This document shows positions 60,801 to 64,000 of a DNA stretch of 64,000 bases, piece by piece. The translations under genes were made by a program, and so were the position numbers. Source of the stretch: Trichoplax adhaerens (taxonomy: Eukaryota > Animalia > Placozoa). The stretch spans positions 3,324,152 to 3,388,151 of the forward strand of contig NW_002060944.1 of assembly GCF_000150275.1 (NCBI RefSeq). Direction: 5' to 3'. Every line of letters starts with the position of its first letter. The stretch's first letter is position 1. The notes under the pieces were generated by a model that was not told the origin of the DNA, did not search any database, and worked only from the letters and a program-made list of their open reading frames with translations.

Positions 60801-63800
60801 ATTAAATTTAGAGATAAACTGGTACAGTTAATCTAGTGCAGTCTCAAGCAATAATATTATAAAGCTATAGTTGTCAATGTATAGCTACGTTTTCAGTATA
60901 TTATAATCTAGCACCTTTGCACAACGTTCACATTAAAGCAAGCCACTGCCAACAACGTTGTCTAATATGACCAGAGATATAGGCTATTCGAAGTTAACAA
61001 CTTCATTTGTAGTACAATTACCATTGTTATGTTTACTGCGGCTTAAAATTGTATTACTTATGAGAGATACTAAGAGAAGGTCCTTTTTGTTACTTCATGT
61101 TCTGATGTATGCAAATTTGCGAGTAATAAACACTGTATAATGACTTGACTAATCATAGAGTCACCTGTAATTCTTAGGTCAAGATGCGTTCCGAAAATTA
61201 TCATTCTGTTGATCGCATGAAACTTCCCGTTGAACGTTTACAAGATTCTACTCCACATTTCGTTCTTAATGTCACCCCTAGTATCGTATTGAGAAATGCA
61301 CTGCCATATACTATTTCCTATCGATTAGAGGTTCGTATAGTGTATTAACTTCATTTTGATTTAATTCAAAAGCATGAATAAATCATTTCTACTGAAAGGG
61401 ATCCGGCAAACATGAAGTACTTAAGGAGGGTAAGAAATGCTCTTTATACTCTGTGATCCCCACAGCAAAGCAAGTCATCCAAATTGAGGTATGATCAATC
61501 TTTATATATTGATTGTGATAATCTTCGTTCTCTGAACAATGAAGTTATGATAAACTCCAGAGGTTTTCATTTCAGTGTATATATATAGGGCATCTGAACT
61601 CAAATAGAATTTATATTTGTTACATACTACAATCCCTATTTTATATTTGTATACAGCTACTAGATTACCTAGGAATGAACTGGCATGGTAGCTTTGCAAT
61701 AAATAATATCGTAATGGGTTCGACTGACAAACAAGGGCTAATACTGACTTCAAAGAACATTAAAGATAAGACTGTTGTAAGGCGATAATTAGATTTTATC
61801 TTCAAATCTGTAAACAATAGCTAGTTTATGCAATGTCTCGCCATATCTTTTCTTAGGAATTACAATTGATGCGCCTTTACGTGGAAAACTTAGAAATATC
61901 CATATCAGCCTCTCATTTAATGATAAATGATACGAATTTTCCTCTGTGCTACAAGGCAATAGCTAGATTTATTTGTGCATAATTCAGAGTATTCGATCTT
62001 TTGATACTTTCGTACTTAATATCAATAGCAATCGAAAATACTTTTACTAGTGTTATTATTATTATTTTTTAGGGAGTTGATGGGAGAACCGTTGTTGAGC
62101 ATCCTCCTTCAGTCAATCCTATTATATTTTCAACAAATTCTAAAAACTTTTTTTCAAGTGGCAAGGTAACACTTCAGTAATTCGAATATCTGCACGTGTA
62201 TCTTCTTGTAATTACTTTATAAAGCAACCAATTAACTGAGCCGTAGCAAGTTGGCTTTCAGAATTGTAATTACTATCTTTAACATTTTGAGCGACATTAC
62301 TAGCGTTATTATATCTCTTGAAGTATGCGTGTTTGATATATTTTTTATGCTACACTGTATTATCATAAGCCATCTAGTGGTTGGACACAGGACGTGCACT
62401 ACAACTTAACATATTTACTATTGGACATTAATAATCTAAAATTATTTTGATTGATGTTAGATATCCTGTAGTGTACCAGGCTTCACGAAATGGTCAGATG
62501 GATTTTCAATTGATGCAGTTGGTAATGCTGGTTGTATACAGTGTCATAATCTCAAGGACAAGAACTTATTTGAGATTGGCATAAGTTCATCTTTATCCAA
62601 TTTCGGATTAACAAAATTTGTGAAGTTTTCTCCCTTCCATGTTATCTCTAACCAAACGAATGTAAGTCTTAATTCTACGTTCGCTTATATTGAAAAGCAA
62701 TGGTAAAAGTTGGAGATGCAATCTGGCGAGTTTGATATTTAAGATGTTTTTATATCGCAGTATGCTATAACATGTATGGAAAGTGGTGTAAATAACCCAT
62801 ATTCAGTGATGGTTCCCGCAGGCAAGGTATGAAACGATATGGACGTAATGCACAATTATCATTTTTAGCAAGTTATCATTTGCCTATTCGTTAGCTGCCA
62901 AATCAGGCAAAAAGCTAACAGATATATATTACTGTATAGGTTATCCCGTTTTGGCCATCAAATGGAAAAGTAAAGATGCGAATTACAGCTGGCACTGGTC
63001 GAATTTATTCACCTCCTTTTAAGTTTAATGTAGACAACAGCTTTTTACTTAAATTAGACAACGAGGTAATAAACCCTTACATTATTATTTATACACCTCG
63101 AGGAAAACTTAATGATTATTCTTTAGTTTGCATTTCATTTATCTTGCATTTAATTTTCTATACCGTGATGAAAAAATTTCGTTAATAATTATAATGTTAT
63201 TATTAGATTGGTGCTATCAACGCTAGCGTGCAGATCTTAGAGTCATCCAATATAATATCATTTTACCCATATACCAGTGGTTCTGTGCCTGCTCTACTTA
63301 TTAACCGATTATCGAATTTGACCATTGAGTATCGGCAATCGTAAGTTGTTTGCGTTTATAATTCAAATGCCTTTAAATTGATTTAAAGTATTTAAAATTA
63401 TTTCAGTCAGATTACAATAAATAGATTAAGAGTTTAAGGTATCAAAGTTTAAAAAATGCCATTCTAATTCTATCCTTAGCAATGAATCTTTAAACCATAA
63501 ATTAGAACCTGGTACACATCGTTATTACGCGTTGGATTATCCCAGTGGGCCATCAAAGATATGTTGGTGGATTTCCGGACGAGAAAAAGAGACAGAAAGC
63601 AAGAAAGTCAATATTGTAGAGGTAATAGCTGAAGGCGAAAAATCTACCTTTTAAATAACTTCTGTCACATAAAATCACTTTCACCAGTCAGGTCATCCTT
63701 ATTTGTTATTTTTATATTATAATTATTAGAATCAACTAGCTGATCATACAGTCAAAGGCCAAAAGATGTACTGTATATCCTTTTTGGATGGATTACAACG

Positions 63801-64000
63801 AGTTATACTTTTCACACCTGATGCCAGCATTGCCTCTAGAGCATTGAAGGCAAATTACATATTCTTCGTATTAGTACTGTTGTAGAATGTATGTTACAGA
63901 TTCTCATCAATTATCTCTTACTAATAGGAAGTAAGGCTAGAACGTCGAGATATTGATGTACACATTAATGTCCATGGTATCGGTCTATCATTAGTCAACG
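45888..64000 (+). CDS. VPS13: VPS13A/C-type bridge-like lipid transfer protein, many exons, 3'-truncated by the window
   Basis: Chorein-[114 protein letters not shown]-repeat motifs ([18 protein letters not shown]), [13 protein letters not shown] and GIGLSLVN. Confidence 0.96.

Noticed and set aside
62369-62380. GCCATCTAGTGG, an exact CTCF-consensus match in a VPS13 intron
   Set aside because: It is a single 12-mer, and CTCF is regarded as bilaterian-specific, so it is probably chance in this inferred non-bilaterian genome.

Overview
AT-rich, gene-dense animal DNA with many short introns. The composition and gene structure suggest a placozoan such as Trichoplax; this is an inference, not proven. 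Splicing exons by hand gives, in order: the 3' end of a small PET100-like gene (+), PI4KB (+), a full-length guanine deaminase homolog (-), CIAO1 (-), cytochrome c (+), pyruvate kinase (-), PLAA/Doa1 (+), a two-exon orphan multipass membrane protein (-), a 491-N gap, and a VPS13A/C-type gene running off the right edge (+). Main highlights: (1) the intact 446-aa GDA homolog has lost three of four Zn ligands and the catalytic Glu, so it is a probable pseudoenzyme; (2) CIAO1 appears to need an AT-AC intron; (3) palindromic TACTGTACAGTA-type arrays lie upstream of PI4KB and between each head-to-head gene pair; (4) VPS13 has three nearby GC-AG introns and a phospho-FFAT-like exon; (5) a 142-bp hAT-like MITE lies upstream of pyruvate kinase. 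All alignments were done by eye against remembered human sequences, and exon coordinates were counted by hand.
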